Part shown: in pieces, positions 1-8,559 of the stretch
How positions within the stretch are numbered: the first letter of the stretch is position 1
How the letters are laid out: each line of letters starts with the position of its first letter
Assembly: GCA_964457375.1 (NCBI GenBank)
Contig: CAYWFK010000001.1
Span: 12,894-76,893, forward strand
DNA from: an uncultured Anaerolineales bacterium
GTDB lineage: Bacteria > Chloroflexota > Anaerolineae > Anaerolineales > UBA11858
Length of the DNA stretch: 64,000 bases
Reading direction: 5' to 3'
Made by a program: the position numbers and the translations under genes
The notes under the pieces: model-generated
Seen by the model: only the letters and a program-made list of their open reading frames with translations
Told to the model about the DNA's origin: nothing
Database searches by the model: none

Positions 1-840
1 AATCTACGCCTGCTTTGGCGCCGGCAGGGAAGAAGGAAGTGATGAAGTTACCCTGTTTGTGGAGCCAGCATTTGGGGGGCTGGTCGAACATGGGGGTAGG
101 GGCATCACCGAAGAAAGTGGTGACGATGGCCTGACGGCCGCCGTAGACGTACTTGTCGTCCCAGAGATTGGTGAGGATGGAGAGTGCGTTCTTGACTTCC
201 GGAGAAGAGAAGGGGAGTTCGCCGCGTGTCCACTTGTCGTAGTTTTCGAGGGAAGTGGTGCGGAGCATGATGTCTTCCATCCAGTCGGTGGCGGGCCAAC
301 CGGTGGCTGCGCCGGATTCGATACCGATACACCAGGGTTTGTCGCCGTCAGCGGCGATTTGTTCGGTGAGAGCAACGAGTTCGTCCCAGGTTTGCGGGAT
401 TTGGTAGCCGGCGGCATCGAAGTCATCCTTGGGATACCAGACCTGTGATTTGGCGTTGAAGCGCTGCCAGACACCGGCGACGATGGGGCCGGATGGGCTG
501 TCCATGGTAGCCATATCCCACCAGGACTGGTTGTAGTTATCGAAGGAAGACTTGGGGAGGAAGGTCGAGACATCGACGACTTTGCCTTTTTTGACAAAAG
601 TGCCGAGCAATCCGGGCTGGGGGAAGTCGACGATATCCGGAGCATCACCGCCTTCGACGCGGACGGAGATGGTCGCTTCGAATTCCTTGGTGCCTTCATA
701 CTGAATATCGATACCGGTAGCGTCTTCGAAAGCTTTGACGGAGTTAGCGAACTTGACGGCATCTTCATCGGTGAAGGGCCCGGTCATGCTGACAACGGTT
801 CCCTTGTATTCGCCGGCATAGGCTTTTTCGAGGAAGGTTT
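1..840. repeat. Direct repeat copy 1. It is 840/840 identical to 1273-2112 and may extend left of the window.
   Basis: I compared the two stretches line by line and every base of 1-840 equals 1273-2112. The period is 1272 bp, which is 424 codons, so the duplication is in frame. Confidence 0.95.
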
Positions 841-2266
841 CGGCAGCTTTTTCAGTTGGCTTGGCTGCACTTTCTTCTTTGTCCTGCTTTGGCCAGGAGT
901 CATCGATTTCTTTGAGAGCGGTATCCATGTCGATAGCGCCGGAGAAGTAATCGGTCATGGCTTTCCAGAAGGAACCGGCACCGACTTCACCGGGCATGAG
1001 ATCAGAGCCATCGAAACGGACGGCCGTAGCCTTGGAGACGAGGGCAGCGATACCGCGTTCGACGTCGTCACCATACCAATCGAGGGAGGCGTCCTTGTGA
1101 GGTGAGAGTGCGCCGCCGGCAGCGAGCCATTCCTTGACGGAAGCGCCGGTGGTGAAGAATTCCATGACGGCGCGGACTTCTGGTCGGTCGTTGAACATGG
1201 CCATGATATCGCCGGCGACGAGGTAAGGTTTACCATACTTGGGATCGATAGGAGGCAGGTAGAAGAAATCATAATCTACGCCTGCTTTGGCGCCGGCAGG
1301 GAAGAAGGAAGTGATGAAGTTACCCTGTTTGTGGAGCCAGCATTTGGGGGGCTGGTCGAACATGGGGGTAGGGGCATCACCGAAGAAAGTGGTGACGATG
1401 GCCTGACGGCCGCCGTAGACGTACTTGTCGTCCCAGAGATTGGTGAGGATGGAGAGTGCGTTCTTGACTTCCGGAGAAGAGAAGGGGAGTTCGCCGCGTG
1501 TCCACTTGTCGTAGTTTTCGAGGGAAGTGGTGCGGAGCATGATGTCTTCCATCCAGTCGGTGGCGGGCCAACCGGTGGCTGCGCCGGATTCGATACCGAT
1601 ACACCAGGGTTTGTCGCCGTCAGCGGCGATTTGTTCGGTGAGAGCAACGAGTTCGTCCCAGGTTTGCGGGATTTGGTAGCCGGCGGCATCGAAGTCATCC
1701 TTGGGATACCAGACCTGTGATTTGGCGTTGAAGCGCTGCCAGACACCGGCGACGATGGGGCCGGATGGGCTGTCCATGGTAGCCATATCCCACCAGGACT
1801 GGTTGTAGTTATCGAAGGAAGACTTGGGGAGGAAGGTCGAGACATCGACGACTTTGCCTTTTTTGACAAAAGTGCCGAGCAATCCGGGCTGGGGGAAGTC
1901 GACGATATCCGGAGCATCACCGCCTTCGACGCGGACGGAGATGGTCGCTTCGAATTCCTTGGTGCCTTCATACTGAATATCGATACCGGTAGCGTCTTCG
2001 AAAGCTTTGACGGAGTTAGCGAACTTGACGGCATCTTCATCGGTGAAGGGCCCGGTCATGCTGACAACGGTTCCCTTGTATTCGCCGGCATAGGCTTTTT
2101 CGAGGAAGGTTTGTGCTTCCGAGCCGGATGCTTCTTTCGTTGTTTCGGCTTTCGCAGGTTTTGTCTCTTTGGTGGTTTCCGGTGTTGGCGTGTTGCACGC
2201 TGTCAGGATAAAGACCGAAAAGACAAACGCTGCAATCAATTGGAAAAATATCTTTTTAGTTTTCAT
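1..2266 (-). CDS. Carbohydrate ABC-transporter substrate-binding lipoprotein. The 3' end runs off the window. It contains an in-frame tandem duplication giving two binding-protein modules.
   Basis: This frame is absent from the ORF track because it has no stop before position 1. ATG at 2266-2264 with GGAG upstream. The translation starts MKTKKIFFQLIAAFVFSVFILTAC (lipobox LTAC), then TFLEKAYAGEYKGTVVSMTGPFTDEDAVKF...GIESGAATGWPATDWMEDIML...KEIDDSWPKQ. A linker DKEESAAKPTEKAAE follows, and the mature sequence restarts at TFLEKAYAGEYKG. The gene lies downstream of the LacI and PfkB genes. Confidence 0.8.
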   Translation of the reverse strand, partial: MKTKKIFFQLIAAFVFSVFILTACNTPTPETTKETKPAKAETTKEASGSEAQTFLEKAYAGEYKGTVVSMTGPFTDEDAVKFANSVKAFEDATGIDIQYEGTKEFEATISVRVEGGDAPDIVDFPQPGLLGTFVKKGKVVDVSTFLPKSSFDNYNQSWWDMATMDSPSGPIVAGVWQRFNAKSQVWYPKDDFDAAGYQIPQTWDELVALTEQIAADGDKPWCIGIESGAATGWPATDWMEDIMLRTTSLENYDKWTRGELPFSSPEVKNALSILTNLWDDKYVYGGRQAIVTTFFGDAPTPMFDQPPKCWLHKQGNFITSFFPAGAKAGVDYDFFYLPPIDPKYGKPYLVAGDIMAMFNDRPEVRAVMEFFTTGASVKEWLAAGGALSPHKDASLDWYGDDVERGIAALVSKATAVRFDGSDLMPGEVGAGSFWKAMTDYFSGAIDMDTALKEIDDSWPKQDKEESAAKPTEKAAETFLEKAYAGEYKGTVVSMTGPFTDEDAVKFANSVKAFEDATGIDIQYEGTKEFEATISVRVEGGDAPDIVDFPQPGLLGTFVKKGKVVDVSTFLPKSSFDNYNQSWWDMATMDSPSGPIVAGVWQRFNAKSQVWYPKDDFDAAGYQIPQTWDELVALTEQIAADGDKPWCIGIESGAATGWPATDWMEDIMLRTTSLENYDKWTRGELPFSSPEVKNALSILTNLWDDKYVYGGRQAIVTTFFGDAPTPMFDQPPKCWLHKQGNFITSFFPAGAKAGVD
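1273..2112. repeat. Direct repeat copy 2 (identical to 1-840)
   Basis: Identity breaks at 841 versus 2113 (c versus g). The ORF-track pairs 4..768/1276..2040 and 59..448/1331..1720 have identical translations. Confidence 0.95.
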
Positions 2267-2298
2267 TATTCTTCTTGCTCCATCTTGGGATTTGGAAT

Positions 2299-3366
2299 TT
2301 ACACAATAGGGTTATGGGTTGGTTTTTTTGTGTTGGATGTTTCAATCACCTCCTTGATTTTTTTGTCAAAGCGTTCGTTTATCGCTTGATATTGGATTTG
2401 CTGAGCGCGTGAAATCATGTTTGCTCTTGACGGAAAATGCCCGACTGGGCCGAATGATTGAATTTTGTGTTCGGCAGCTGCCTGCCCTAGTCTGGCTGCG
2501 TCTCTGATATTTTGTTTGTCGAGCATGCCGGACAGCAACCCTGCCCAAAAAGCATCCCCCGCTCCTGTGAGATCAGCCGGTTCGATGTCATTTGGCAGGA
2601 TGACAAAAGAACCTTGCTGCCGGTTCGCTACGAAAACTCCGGAATGTCCCATTGTCAAAACCACAGTTTTGACTCCCAGATCGAGGAACCGTTGTGCGTA
2701 GGATGCAGGTGCCAAACCGCTGCCGAACAGACGGCTGCTGTCATCCAGAGACGGTTTGATGATATCTACGAGTGGGAGAACGCTGCAAATTGTTTCCCTG
2801 AAATCTTCGTGGTCAGGCCAAATTTCCGGGTGGTAGTTCGGGTCAAAGGAAATGAATTGGCCGCGTTGTTTGGCGGCACGGGTGATTTGCAGGATCGTGT
2901 CACGCGCCGGATTTCTGGATAATGAAAATGCAGAAAAATGAATGATGGCGGCACTTTCGATTGATTTTGCCAGGTGGGCATTCGGTTGCAAATTAGAATC
3001 AGCGCCGCGAAATAGTATGAACTCAGGCGTGCCCGTTTTTTTTCGTGTGATCAATGCGATGGTGGTCGGGTGACTTTGTGAAAATTGCAGAAAATCCGTG
3101 GTAACTCCGCTTGTTTCCAGAAGATGTACTGCTTTTTCCCCTAACCCGTCTGAACCCAGACAGCAAGCCAGCGCAGAGGAATGACCAAGTTTTGCCATAT
3201 TCATCGCAAGGTTGGCAGGCTGCCCGCCAACGAAGGCATCGAAACGGTTTGCTTGAAAAATCGAACCGGCAATGTCTGTGGAGATTAAATCAATCAGACA
3301 TTCCCCTAGCGCAAAAAAATCGATTTTGTCATTTTTGTCGTTCATTGATTGGCTCATGCGTTTCAT
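2299..3366 (-). CDS. PfkB-family carbohydrate kinase (fructokinase/ribokinase-like)
   Basis: N-terminal FFALGECLIDLIS...GGQPANLAMNMAKLG and C-terminal DLTGAGDAFWAGLL (PfkB signature 2). Confidence 0.8.
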   Translation of the reverse strand: MKRMSQSMNDKNDKIDFFALGECLIDLISTDIAGSIFQANRFDAFVGGQPANLAMNMAKLGHSSALACCLGSDGLGEKAVHLLETSGVTTDFLQFSQSHPTTIALITRKKTGTPEFILFRGADSNLQPNAHLAKSIESAAIIHFSAFSLSRNPARDTILQITRAAKQRGQFISFDPNYHPEIWPDHEDFRETICSVLPLVDIIKPSLDDSSRLFGSGLAPASYAQRFLDLGVKTVVLTMGHSGVFVANRQQGSFVILPNDIEPADLTGAGDAFWAGLLSGMLDKQNIRDAARLGQAAAEHKIQSFGPVGHFPSRANMISRAQQIQYQAINERFDKKIKEVIETSNTKKPTHNPIV

Positions 3367-3396
3367 TCCGGTTGCGGATATATATTCCGGGAAAAG

Positions 3397-4401
3397 TTAG
3401 CGAGAAGGTGCGGCGGTTGTATTGCGGATGGTCAGCTTGATCGAAAGTTCGATTTTGCATGGTTCGTTGGAACCGCTTTGAATCATGGAAAGAAGCATAC
3501 TGGCGCCCTCGACTCCTGATTCGAATAGGTTTTGTTCGACAGTGGTCAGGTTGACATATTCTGCGTCGCGAATACCGTCATAGCCAATTACCGATAATTC
3601 TTCAGGAACTTTCAGGTTGTATTCTCTGGCAACATCCATGACACCAATGGCGTGTGAGTCACTTGCAGCGAAGATTGCTGTCGGAGGGTCTTCCAATGCA
3701 AGTAATTGTTTGGTCATATGCTGGGCGTAAAGCCTGCCCTGGTCTCCCTGTATGTGGTAAGCGGGAATGTACGGGATGTGTTCCTGATCCAGCGCTTCGC
3801 GATAACCGAGATAGCGATAGCGCATAGATTGGTAGAAAGGCGTAGTCAGGTAATCACTGATGTAGGCGATCTTCCTGTGACCGAGTTCGATGAGATGCCT
3901 GGTGGCGAGGCTGCCACCCTGAATATCGTTGACAATGATGCTGCAAAGTTTGGGGTGATAGGCGTCGATGAGTACGACAGATTGATGTTCCCGGATGAAT
4001 TTTTCCGTTTGCTCATCGGTCGGAGGTAAGGACATGATGATCAAGCCATCCACACGGGATTTGTCGGCGAGCCTTTCGAAGAAAGCATCCCGTTTTTCCG
4101 GCGTTTCTGCAACGAACAAAATCAAGTCGTAATTCGACTCATCCAGAACGGATTGGATTCCCCGAAGTCTTTCGACATAGGAAGGCAATGTGAGATAGGG
4201 GAGGATGACACCGATCGTTTGGGTTTTGCCGAGTGAGAGCTGGCGGGCGATGAGATTTGGTTTGTAGTTAAGTTCTTTGATGGCGGCGAGAACGCGTGTG
4301 CGCGTTTCTTCGCTGACCGCAGGATGATTGTTGAGTACCCGCGAAACGGTAGCAATTCCAACTTTTGCATATTTGGCAACATCACGAATGGTTGCAGTCA
4401 T
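3397..4401 (-). CDS. LacI-family transcriptional regulator
   Basis: N-terminal helix-turn-helix TIRDVAKYAKVGIATVSRVLNNHPAVSEETRTRVLAAIKELNYKPNLIARQLS, followed by a periplasmic-binding-like fold. Confidence 0.9.
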   Translation of the reverse strand: MTATIRDVAKYAKVGIATVSRVLNNHPAVSEETRTRVLAAIKELNYKPNLIARQLSLGKTQTIGVILPYLTLPSYVERLRGIQSVLDESNYDLILFVAETPEKRDAFFERLADKSRVDGLIIMSLPPTDEQTEKFIREHQSVVLIDAYHPKLCSIIVNDIQGGSLATRHLIELGHRKIAYISDYLTTPFYQSMRYRYLGYREALDQEHIPYIPAYHIQGDQGRLYAQHMTKQLLALEDPPTAIFAASDSHAIGVMDVAREYNLKVPEELSVIGYDGIRDAEYVNLTTVEQNLFESGVEGASMLLSMIQSGSNEPCKIELSIKLTIRNTTAAPSR

Positions 4402-4430
4402 AAGAAGGTAAAATCCTTAATCTGTATGCT

Positions 4431-4448
4431 TATGGAACCGGTTCCATA
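4431..4448 (-). promoter_or_regulatory. Candidate LacI-family operator, an 18-bp perfect palindrome TATGGAACCGGTTCCATA
   Basis: Perfect inverted repeat with a central CG, typical of LacI/CcpA-type operators (TG-AA-CG-TT-CA). It lies just downstream of the predicted -10 of the lacI-family gene. Confidence 0.6.
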
Positions 4449-4453
4449 AATAG

Positions 4454-4482
4454 AAGATAGCATAATTTTATCGACTTGTCAA
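4454..4482 (-). promoter_or_regulatory. Sigma70-type promoter for the LacI-PfkB-binding-protein operon
   Basis: On the minus strand: TTGACA (4482-4477), a 17-nt spacer, then TGc-TATCTT (-10 at 4459-4454). Confidence 0.55.
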
Positions 4483-4794
4483 TAAAATGACCCCGACTTT
4501 CCGCATTTTTCAGCCGGATTACGGTGAATTCGGCTGAATCCGGTACGTATTGACCAGAGAAAATGGATAACAGGGCAGTACATCGTGATGAACCCGCGCA
4601 TGAACGAATTGCCGGTTTATCATCATGGCGTTCTCCAATAGGTTTTTTTTGCGATGATGGTTGGAATCTGCTGCTGGCTGCTTTCAGGATTTATGATGGT
4701 TGTGGCCATTTTCATCGTCTAACCATTTGCCAATTTATTGCGAAAATGATGGCAACCTGATGACGTCGATGAACGATGGCAATCAAATCCGGTG

Positions 4795-4836
4795 ACAATA
4801 AAAACAAACGGGAACAGTGCGCCGCATTGTTCCCGT
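4795..4836 (-). terminator. Rho-independent terminator after the membrane-protein gene
   Basis: The minus strand reads ACGGGAACA-11 nt-TGTTCCCGT followed by TTGTTTTTATTG. Confidence 0.6.
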
Positions 4837-4882
4837 GATGGTTGTGGATTGTTTTCCGGCGGACGGCCGGATGTCCGGTGCT

Positions 4883-5563
4883 TTATCTGGATTCGCGTAG
4901 AGGTATTCGGGTGATTGCTTTCTCCGTTCGTTTTTCAAGGTGTGAAAGGCGGATGAGGATGCCAACACCCGAAATGATTAAAGAAACACCGCTAATGAAA
5001 AGAGGAACTTGCAAGACCAAAACCAGGTTGTACCCGTTCATGGTATGGCTGGGACCAGCCCAGTATTGTACGGTGAGTGCCTGAATGCCTGCAAGTATCA
5101 AGGCTACCCCCGCACCGGTCGCTCCGCTGGTGTCCTTGTTGGTATGAGAAAAATCAACTTTTTGGCGGATGAATGGCAAACCGAGAAACAGCAGGTAAAC
5201 CAGGGTAACAATCGTGAGATACAAACGAATATCTGTCGGCATTGTGCTGCCGCGCAACATGCGGGAATAGTGCATCTTTGTCAATGCGGTTGTGATACCG
5301 ATGAGTAATGCCAGGATGGCAGCGTTATAAGCATTCTTCTTGCCGCGGATTAAACCGATCAATGCCCAGATTCCGATGAATGCCGCAATGAAAGTGAAAA
5401 TCGTTGCCACCTGGTAGATATGTTTGTACGGGATGACGGCTATCAGCTTCTCATATTTTTCCGGGAACCAGGAAATACAAACCGACCCGACTGCTCCCAG
5501 CAATGTCTGAGCCGCTGTGAGTCCCAAAAGGATATATGCTGTAATTCGCAATAGTTTACTCAT
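4883..5563 (-). CDS. Hypothetical integral membrane protein (about 6 TM segments)
   Basis: ORF 4883..5659 trimmed to the ATG at 5563 (MSKLLRITAYILLGL...), which has AAGGATGA upstream. The sequence is hydrophobic throughout. I recognise no family. Confidence 0.6.
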   Translation of the reverse strand: MSKLLRITAYILLGLTAAQTLLGAVGSVCISWFPEKYEKLIAVIPYKHIYQVATIFTFIAAFIGIWALIGLIRGKKNAYNAAILALLIGITTALTKMHYSRMLRGSTMPTDIRLYLTIVTLVYLLFLGLPFIRQKVDFSHTNKDTSGATGAGVALILAGIQALTVQYWAGPSHTMNGYNLVLVLQVPLFISGVSLIISGVGILIRLSHLEKRTEKAITRIPLRESR

Positions 5564-5906
5564 GGATATATCATCCTTTCTCTTTTCGATTATGCCGATT
5601 GCTGAGTGGTTACCGATATCATCGCACATTGTACCCGGAATTTCAAGTTTCATTGTCATGGTTTCGGGGGGATGAAATACCTGCGATATACAGAAATGAA
5701 AGATGTGTCAAAACGATTGTAAAGCTGGTGATGGGTTTTTATCGCTCCTGATGGTGTCGGCAGGACGTTTGTTATTGGCTTTGCGGGGGAATTTGCCGTT
5801 GTGCATTGACAATCCGGCAGAACCATCGTATAAGCAGGAAAACTCATTTCCATGACATACTTGTGAATAGAAAATCCCTAGCAGGCGATAGAGGGACGAA
5901 AATTTT

Positions 5907-6575
5907 ATGAAAATTTTGTCCATCAGTGATGTCGTTGTCCCGTATATCCATAGCATCCAGATTGCCAACCTGTTCGAAGATATCGATCTGGTGATTGGGT
6001 GTGGTGATTTGCCATACGCTTATCAGGAATTTATCGTCAGCATGCTCAATGTCCCCTTGTTTTACGTGCATGGAAATCATGACAAAGTGTTACGGAAGTA
6101 TTCCGGGGGAAAGTACAGTGAACCGAACGGGGGAACAAATCTGCATGACAAAGTTATCCGGTATCATCAAATTGTCATGGCAGGGATTGAAGGGTCTATT
6201 CGATACAAACCGGAAGGACGTTACCAATATACGCAGCGGGAAATGTGGCAGCATGTCTTTCGGCTGGTGCCCGGTTTGTTCCGGAATTATATGCTTACGG
6301 GGCGATATCTGGATGTGTTCGTAACGCATGCGCCGCCATGGGGAACCCATGACAAAGAGGATTTACCTCATCAGGGTATCAAGGCGTTTGCCTGGTTCAA
6401 CAAGGTTTTTCAACCTGCTTATCATTTCCATGGCCATATTCATGTTTATCGACCGGGGGTCGAGATGGTCTCCAAAGTTGATTCAACCGTAATTATCAAT
6501 ACGTATGGCTATCGAGAGACAACATTGGAAATTCAACCGGCGAGAATCATGCCGGGGAGACGGTCGCATTCGTAA
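5907..6575 (+). CDS. Calcineurin-like metallophosphoesterase
   Basis: Motifs ISD (D-x-H variant), GCGDL, VHGNHD, THAPP and GHIHV, in the canonical order. Confidence 0.8.
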   Translation: MKILSISDVVVPYIHSIQIANLFEDIDLVIGCGDLPYAYQEFIVSMLNVPLFYVHGNHDKVLRKYSGGKYSEPNGGTNLHDKVIRYHQIVMAGIEGSIRYKPEGRYQYTQREMWQHVFRLVPGLFRNYMLTGRYLDVFVTHAPPWGTHDKEDLPHQGIKAFAWFNKVFQPAYHFHGHIHVYRPGVEMVSKVDSTVIINTYGYRETTLEIQPARIMPGRRSHS

Positions 6576-6594
6576 GTTTCGCAGTACTGAACGG

Positions 6595-8322
6595 TCAACG
6601 ACAAATCAGCATGGGGGCTATTGCAGCGGCAAGTAACTGATCGACGACGCTGCCAACGAACGTCTCGATAAGCGGTGAAGAACCGTACCCGCCGATTAAA
6701 ATCAGGTCGTGATTGCCGTGTGTTGTTGCGCGCAGGATTCCGTCAGCCGGTTTTTGTGTCTGCTCGATGAGAAATTTTGCTTCTATCTTTTGTTCTTCCA
6801 GATAATGTTTTGCCGATTCCTGAATTTTGCGGGCTTTTTCCTTTTGCCCGATGGTGATGACCGATAAGCTGGTTTCCCATTTGCTGGCAAGGTAGGCGCT
6901 TATGAATAATGCTTCGCGTGATTTCGGGCTGCCGTCGAAAGCGAGGATCGGGCGTGACATGGTGGTTACCTTCCCCGGGGTTGCCAGAATTGGTCTCGGG
7001 CAGCGGAGAATCATCGTGCGGAAACCGGAGCTCAATCGGGCAATGGGGATGGAGCCGGGCGGATGGGCAATATGGCTGATGATCAGGTCGGCAAGCCGTG
7101 CCCGTTCACAAATCTGGCGGGCAATCGTACCGGTTTCGATGCGCAAATTTCCCTGAATGTCATTTTCCAGACAGATTTGCCGGAATTTTTCCTTGATTGC
7201 TTCATATTTCTCGTCAGCCGGTTCGGTTTTTTCAGGGATGATGTGCAAACCAAGAATGTTGGCACGCTCTCTTTTGGCGACATTGATTGCCTGGAACAAG
7301 GCGCTCCAGTTTTTATCTTCCTTGCTGATAGTTACCAGAACATCGTGAAACAGGATATCGTCTTTCCGTGCCCGAATGATTTCCTCGCGCCATTTTCCGG
7401 GGGGAGGTCCCCCTTCCAACGAATCGGGGAGGATTGAATCGATGATGCGGGATGTCAGGCGCGTGGCTTGTTTCAGAGGGCTGAGTTCTTCTGCAAGGTT
7501 GACTGCGGCGTTTTCCACGCTGATATTCCATCCGAGTTCGTATTCGAGGGAGGCGTGATGCTTGCTTAGCCACAGGTAAAGATCGGTTTCTGTCCTGCCC
7601 GGAAAGTAGCGCAGGATGCCTTGAGAGCGGATGATTTTGATGATTGGGCAATAAACGACATCGTACCAGTGTGCCACTGCTTCTTCGTATGGAATTTCAC
7701 GTTTTTGTTCGATGCCCATGAAATAACGGTGGACATCGATGTGTTCTTCCAGAATGGGGTATTGGCCGGGGCTGGTGAGCACAAGGTTGGCTTTTGGCCT
7801 CAGTTGGTTGATTTTGGTTTTTTCAAGAAAGCGCGTATATTCGGCTTTGATGATCAGGTCGGTTGGGTTGGTGTCCTTGTCGAACGGGACATTCGTAGAG
7901 ACTTCTGTAACATAGGCTTCGATGTATTCTGCGCCCAGTTGTTTGGCAACTGAGACGCGGTGATTGCCGTCCAGAATGAAGTAAGAATCCCCGATTTTAT
8001 AGACATCAATCGGCGGCAGGCCTTCCATGCTTTGTGCTTTTTTCATCACCCGAGCCCAACGTTGGGCGTTTGAGTCTTTGAGCGGCATGAAATCGCGATT
8101 GAAGTCGGAATAGCGGCCGACACTTCCCACAATCGACGCAATGGGAATTTCTTTGAGTACGGTTCTGCTCCCTTCGATGCCATGGAGTTTCTTGCGGATT
8201 TCTTCGTAAGATAACAGTTCCTTGGTATTCCCGGTGAGCAGCGAAAAAATACTTTGCAAATCGGCTTTTCTGCGTGCTTTGCGGAAGTCTTGAATTGCTT
8301 TGCTATACGATGTTTCATTCAT
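6595..8322 (-). CDS. ParB/sulfiredoxin-like N-terminal domain fused to a central helical domain and tandem universal-stress-protein (USP) domains
   Basis: N-terminus PIDVYKIGDSYFILDGNHRVSVAKQLG (ParB/Srx DGxHR motif). The C-terminal half has two USP-like alpha/beta units (ILGLHIIPE..., ILAFDGSPKSREAL...DLILIGGYGSSPLIETFVGSVVDQLL). Confidence 0.65.
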   Translation of the reverse strand: MNETSYSKAIQDFRKARRKADLQSIFSLLTGNTKELLSYEEIRKKLHGIEGSRTVLKEIPIASIVGSVGRYSDFNRDFMPLKDSNAQRWARVMKKAQSMEGLPPIDVYKIGDSYFILDGNHRVSVAKQLGAEYIEAYVTEVSTNVPFDKDTNPTDLIIKAEYTRFLEKTKINQLRPKANLVLTSPGQYPILEEHIDVHRYFMGIEQKREIPYEEAVAHWYDVVYCPIIKIIRSQGILRYFPGRTETDLYLWLSKHHASLEYELGWNISVENAAVNLAEELSPLKQATRLTSRIIDSILPDSLEGGPPPGKWREEIIRARKDDILFHDVLVTISKEDKNWSALFQAINVAKRERANILGLHIIPEKTEPADEKYEAIKEKFRQICLENDIQGNLRIETGTIARQICERARLADLIISHIAHPPGSIPIARLSSGFRTMILRCPRPILATPGKVTTMSRPILAFDGSPKSREALFISAYLASKWETSLSVITIGQKEKARKIQESAKHYLEEQKIEAKFLIEQTQKPADGILRATTHGNHDLILIGGYGSSPLIETFVGSVVDQLLAAAIAPMLICR

Positions 8323-8559
8323 GACATTGGTTATTTTACCTGACTTGAACGGATTTGTCGCGCTTTTTGTGAGAACGAAAACAAACTGGTAGGTTTTTGT
8401 AATGTCCGGTATTATGGAGCAGGTGATGACCGATTGGTTTTATTCGGGGATGAAATTCATGTATTGGAGCACATGTTTTCGTCTATAATTCAATCCGGGT
8501 ATGTATGGAGTAATCGGTTTTTAGGTAAAAACTGTAACCCTGGATTGAAAGGATTGAGT

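Noticed and set aside
4-2040. Two identical 254-aa Ser/Pro/Thr-rich ORFs (4..768 and 1276..2040, minus strand), with identical 129-aa and 75-aa ORFs on top of them
   Set aside because: They are low-complexity, off-frame translations of the duplicated sugar-binding-protein gene. The third minus frame is open across the whole region and gives a clean binding-protein sequence with a lipobox.
4490-4504. GCGGAAAGTCGGGG on the minus strand, resembling the RNase P RNA P4 string GAGGAAAGUCCGGG
   Set aside because: It is only a partial match. It lacks the other universally conserved RNase P segments nearby and abuts the lacI-family promoter.
8323-8559. Possible Moco/tungsten-cofactor riboswitch upstream of the AOR gene (and in 31790-31887 upstream of moaC)
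   Set aside because: I could not find the conserved Moco-motif strings as I remember them. The moaC intergenic region is too short (98 nt). A covariance-model scan would be needed to be sure.
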